This document shows, one piece after another, positions 17,112 to 20,000 of a stretch of 20,000 nucleotides of DNA. The notes under the pieces were generated by a model, which was not told the DNA's origin, searched no databases, and worked only from the letters and a program-made list of their open reading frames with translations. Within the stretch, counting starts at the first letter, position 1. Every line of letters starts with the position of its first letter. A program made the translations under genes and the position numbers. The DNA comes from an uncultured virus (IMG/VR IMGVR_UViG_3300033141_001794) (taxonomy: Duplodnaviria > Heunggongvirae > Uroviricota > Caudoviricetes), in IMG/VR virus record IMGVR_UViG_3300033141_001794. One strand, given 5' to 3'.

Positions 17112-17150
17112 AAAATTAAACCGCTAAGAGCAGAATTGTAGTTTGGCAAA

Positions 17151-17375
17151 ATGATGAAACAACTTAAATATTACAAATATGAGGGCTTAAACTGCCACCA
17201 TTGCAGGCGGTCACATTATGATGGTCACGGAAATGGAACGTGTCCAATTGAATTTAAAAAGGGCGCACATGAAAAGAAATTTGTAAACCCTGGCGAAACA
17301 AATCTTATATGCAGATACTTTGAAAAGATTTTGCCAAAAGAAAGTGCGGAAAACATTGAAAACAGTATATTATGA
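17151..17375 (+). CDS. Cys-containing hypothetical protein (possible last cassette, no intact downstream site)
   Basis: CHHC...CP...ICRYF; shares its leader with cassette 3. Confidence 0.6.
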   Translation: MMKQLKYYKYEGLNCHHCRRSHYDGHGNGTCPIEFKKGAHEKKFVNPGETNLICRYFEKILPKESAENIENSIL

Positions 17376-17408
17376 CTTAGAAAGAACGTGTAAAGAAAGG
17401 GGCTTAAG

Positions 17409-17954
17409 GTGAATGAGAAATTTGTAGACATACCAGGATGGAAAGGGCTTTATCAGATTTCTAATTTAGGTAGAGTTAAAAGTTTAGCAAGACCTCTTTT
17501 TAATGGGGCGGGATATTTTAAATCAAAGGAACAAATATTAAAAACAAGCAAAAATATTAATGGTTATCTATCTTTACGTTTGTGCGGGAGCGGGGAACGC
17601 TACAAGGTAGATGTTAGTAGGTTAATGAAATTGGCATTTTTTAACAATTCAAAGCTGGAAATAGACCACATAAACGGAGACAAAACAGATAATCGGTTAG
17701 ACAATCTTAGGCTTTGTACTCATTCACAAAATCATTTTAATATCAAAAAGGCGGGAAGGTGTTCTTCTCGGTTTAAGGGTGTTTATTTTATAAAAAAAAC
17801 CAATAGGTGGTGTGCAAGAATAACGGTGAAAGGTAAAACTTATAGACTCGGCAATTTTTGTACAGAAGAAGACGCAGCAAAAGCCTATGATGTTGAAGCC
17901 AAAAAGCGTTGTGGAGGATTTGCTGTACTAAATTTAAGCTCCGAAAAATCGTGA
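17409..17954 (+). CDS. NUMOD4-HNH-AP2 homing endonuclease
   Basis: DIPGWKGLYQISNLGRVKSL (NUMOD4); IDHINGDKTDNRLDNL (HNH); SRFKGVY..WCARI..LGNF.TEEDAAKAYD (AP2). Confidence 0.9.
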   Translation: MNEKFVDIPGWKGLYQISNLGRVKSLARPLFNGAGYFKSKEQILKTSKNINGYLSLRLCGSGERYKVDVSRLMKLAFFNNSKLEIDHINGDKTDNRLDNLRLCTHSQNHFNIKKAGRCSSRFKGVYFIKKTNRWCARITVKGKTYRLGNFCTEEDAAKAYDVEAKKRCGGFAVLNLSSEKS

Positions 17955-17997
17955 AGGAATACTACCAGAAGAAGGACCAGGATAAATGCAAGGAGAA

Positions 17998-18090
17998 ATG
18001 ATTCTATACTGGCTTGGGGCTATCGGTGGCATAGGAGCTGCAATAGCATTTGGATATATTATTTTTAAACTTATTACGAGGAGGGATTGA
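17998..18090 (+). CDS. 30-aa single-pass membrane peptide (holin-like?), absent from the ORF track
   Basis: AAGGAG RBS; MILYWLGAIGGIGAAIAFGYIIFKLITRRD; the stop overlaps the peptidase start. Confidence 0.55.
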   Translation: MILYWLGAIGGIGAAIAFGYIIFKLITRRD

Positions 18091-18398
18091 TGACTACCTT
18101 ATTCAGAATGAATGTTATCTGGGACGTATGTGACGAGATCGAGGAGGCTCGCAGGCTTTTAGAGAAGTACCTGGCTTCAAAGGGTAAAGAGTTAGTTGTA
18201 ACCTCTGCAAACGATAGCCAGCACTCAGATGGATCCCTTCATCCTTCAGGAAAGGCTTTTGATATCCGGAAGGTCGCGGGAAAATTAACCCGTAAAATAA
18301 TATACAACCTCATTAAACACCTTGGATTTCAGTATAAAGATGTTATTCCTACGTCTTGGGGATTTCATATTGAATATCAACCGAAAAAAAAGAAATAA
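18090..18398 (+). CDS. Peptidase M15 / DD-peptidase-fold protein (putative endolysin)
   Basis: VVTSAND..H...SLHPSGKAFDIR...FHIEY matches SxHxxGxAxD...HxE; GGAGG RBS. Confidence 0.75.
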   Translation: MTTLFRMNVIWDVCDEIEEARRLLEKYLASKGKELVVTSANDSQHSDGSLHPSGKAFDIRKVAGKLTRKIIYNLIKHLGFQYKDVIPTSWGFHIEYQPKKKK

Positions 18399-18399
18399 C

Positions 18400-18428
18400 T
18401 TGCAAACCAGTAACCATTATGCTATATT
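18400..18428 (+). promoter_or_regulatory. Sigma70-like promoter of the replication operon
   Basis: TTGCAA-17 bp-TATATT with an extended -10 TG. Confidence 0.6.
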
Positions 18429-18441
18429 GATATTATCATGT

Positions 18442-18541
18442 TAACCGGCAAGAAATCATGCAAATCATTTACCCAGTAAAAGCCTTCCTCCAAAGGATAG
18501 CCCCGCTGTTGTTTACTTGCCGGTTACAACACGGACTGGGT
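18442..18541 (+). ncRNA. Structured leader RNA, architecture reminiscent of C4/CI antisense RNAs
   Basis: ACCCAGT/ACTGGGT closing helix; inner CCG-TGTTGT/ACAACA-CGG hairpin whose loop CTTGCCGGTTA complements upstream TAACCGGCAAG. Confidence 0.5.
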
Positions 18542-18561
18542 ACCTTATATTGTGAGCAGCT

Positions 18562-19212
18562 ATGGCCCTAAGAGATCAACCCTATATTCCTCTTTATGTA
18601 CAGGACTTTTTAACAGACGAAAAGCTTAACGAGTGTAGTGCAGAAGCAGTTGGAGTATATATAAAAATTATGTGTGTTATGCACAAATCTAAAGAGTATG
18701 GTGTTATTTTGTTAAAGCAAAAAGACAAGCAAAAGGATAAGCAAATAACTAATTTTGCTTTAAAGCTTGATAGTCATATGTCTTTTAAGGTTGCTGTTAT
18801 TGAAAGCGCTCTTGGTGAATTAATAGAGGAAGAGGTTTTAAGGGTAGATGGTGATAGGTTAATACAAAAAAGGATGGTAAGCGACAATGATATAAGCACT
18901 AAGCGTTCTTTGGCTGGTAAAAAGGGAGGGAAAAAAACACAATTTGCTAAAGCAAACTATGAAGCAAACTCTGAAAATGAATATGTAATTGAAAGTGCAA
19001 ATAAAAAAGATATAAAAAAAGCTCTTATAGAAAAACTTAAAAAAGAACTTCAAAACTTAAGCACAATAAATCCTGAAGTAATAGGAGGAGAGTTAAGTGA
19101 TAATTTAAACCTTCCTTTTTATGGATGGGAAAGCTTTTTAGCAAATACTCCTGTAGATGATTTAGAACTTGCTCTTAACTTTTTAGTCAGTTATGATACG
19201 GAGAAGGTATGA
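18562..19212 (+). CDS. Putative replication initiator / replisome organiser with a YdaU/DUF1376-like N-terminus
   Basis: PYIPLYVQDFLTD..CSAEAVGVYIKIMC.MH; LIQKRMV; RSLAGKKGG. Confidence 0.7.
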   Translation: MALRDQPYIPLYVQDFLTDEKLNECSAEAVGVYIKIMCVMHKSKEYGVILLKQKDKQKDKQITNFALKLDSHMSFKVAVIESALGELIEEEVLRVDGDRLIQKRMVSDNDISTKRSLAGKKGGKKTQFAKANYEANSENEYVIESANKKDIKKALIEKLKKELQNLSTINPEVIGGELSDNLNLPFYGWESFLANTPVDDLELALNFLVSYDTEKV

Positions 19213-19547
19213 ACCAGATAAGATTTTCCCATAATTGGAATGATAAATTAGATAGAAGATATTTTACTACTATCAGAAGTCATAGCGATAAAAAATACAA
19301 TTATTATCATGCGGGTATTGGTGGTGTTTTTTATGTGTATTTAAAAGGAGAGATATATTGTGAAGCCGAGTTGTTAGATGTGAGAGGTCTTCTTTATTAT
19401 GATATTCTTTATTCAACGCTATTACTTGATACAGGTATAGAGGATGCAGAAAAAATAGACAATCTGTTTAAAAGGTTTAAAATAAGCGGTGCGGATGAAG
19501 TTATTATTTTAACATTTAAACGAATAATAAAGGAATTACCATTCTAA
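19209..19547 (+). CDS. Possible ASCH/PUA-like domain protein
   Basis: IRFSHNW..KL...FTTIR N-terminal pattern; ATGA coupling. Confidence 0.5.
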   Translation: MNQIRFSHNWNDKLDRRYFTTIRSHSDKKYNYYHAGIGGVFYVYLKGEIYCEAELLDVRGLLYYDILYSTLLLDTGIEDAEKIDNLFKRFKISGADEVIILTFKRIIKELPF

Positions 19548-19560
19548 TCAAGAGGTATCT

Positions 19561-19869
19561 ATGATCCAGACACAGAAAGAACAGCTTCTCCAGATGTTTG
19601 CAGAGAACAATAACCAGCTGACACTTGGCCAGATATTAAAAACCAACTTAGCCAGCGCATACCGGCCGAGGTTAAGCGATCTTCGGGAGGATGGATATGT
19701 TATTGACTGTATTTTAAACAAAGAGGAGCCCAGCAAGAACCTGTATGTCCTTAAATCGAAAGCGCAGGCTAAAGGAGAATTAGTTCAAGTATCCTGGCCC
19801 TGTCCTATTTGTGGAAGCTATTATCGCAGGGGATCTGATTGTAACATTTGTCCAAAGGAGAACGCATGA
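19561..19869 (+). CDS. Winged-HTH protein with a C-terminal zinc finger
   Basis: TQKEQLLQMF..LTLGQI..YRPRLSDLREDGYVI; CPICG..CNIC. Confidence 0.65.
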   Translation: MIQTQKEQLLQMFAENNNQLTLGQILKTNLASAYRPRLSDLREDGYVIDCILNKEEPSKNLYVLKSKAQAKGELVQVSWPCPICGSYYRRGSDCNICPKENA

Positions 19870-20000
19870 CCGAAGATAAAGCAGTATTCAAACACCAGAG
19901 GACCAAGATGATGATCATTCTTGAAGAGAACAAAAAGTTCAAGCGGAGAAACAAGGACCTTCTGGACGAACTAAACGTGAAGGATCTTAAATACGAAGAG
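19866..20000 (+). CDS. Hypothetical protein, 3'-truncated
   Basis: AAGGAG RBS, ATGA overlap, frame open to the window end (MTEDKAVFKHQRTKMM...). Confidence 0.6.
   Translation, partial: MTEDKAVFKHQRTKMMIILEENKKFKRRNKDLLDELNVKDLKYEE

Noticed and set aside
1..20000. Integrase, reverse transcriptase or diversity-generating retroelement
   Set aside because: No tyrosine/serine recombinase or RT motifs were recognised, and no TR/VR-type repeat pair was seen

Overview
Phage or prophage DNA, with all credible genes on the + strand. 1-9845 is the end of a virion module. It holds a 5'-truncated >2000-aa polyvalent protein (DarB-like SF2 helicase, HExxH peptidase motif, LPD38-like C-terminus), a beta-helix protein and an SGNH-hydrolase/LamG protein, closed by an intrinsic terminator. 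9916-13525 is an early operon: a sigma70-like promoter, an unannotated RHH-like regulator, an Erf ssDNA-annealing protein and a YqaJ-type exonuclease. 13553-17375 is the main finding: about 10 small, RBS-bearing genes separated by nine imperfect hairpins (CAAC...CGTTG, with a bulged base). In all 9 cases the outer bases of a hairpin's left arm complement the bases after the PREVIOUS site's GTT better than its own. This is the footprint expected of circularly excised and inserted integron-like gene cassettes. Unusually, the sites overlap the genes' 3' coding ends, and no integrase is visible in the window. 17409-20000 carries a NUMOD4-HNH-AP2 endonuclease, a small membrane peptide plus an M15-type peptidase, a promoter with a C4/CI-like structured leader, and a YdaU/DUF1376-like replication gene. 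All family calls come from motif recognition by eye, not database searches.
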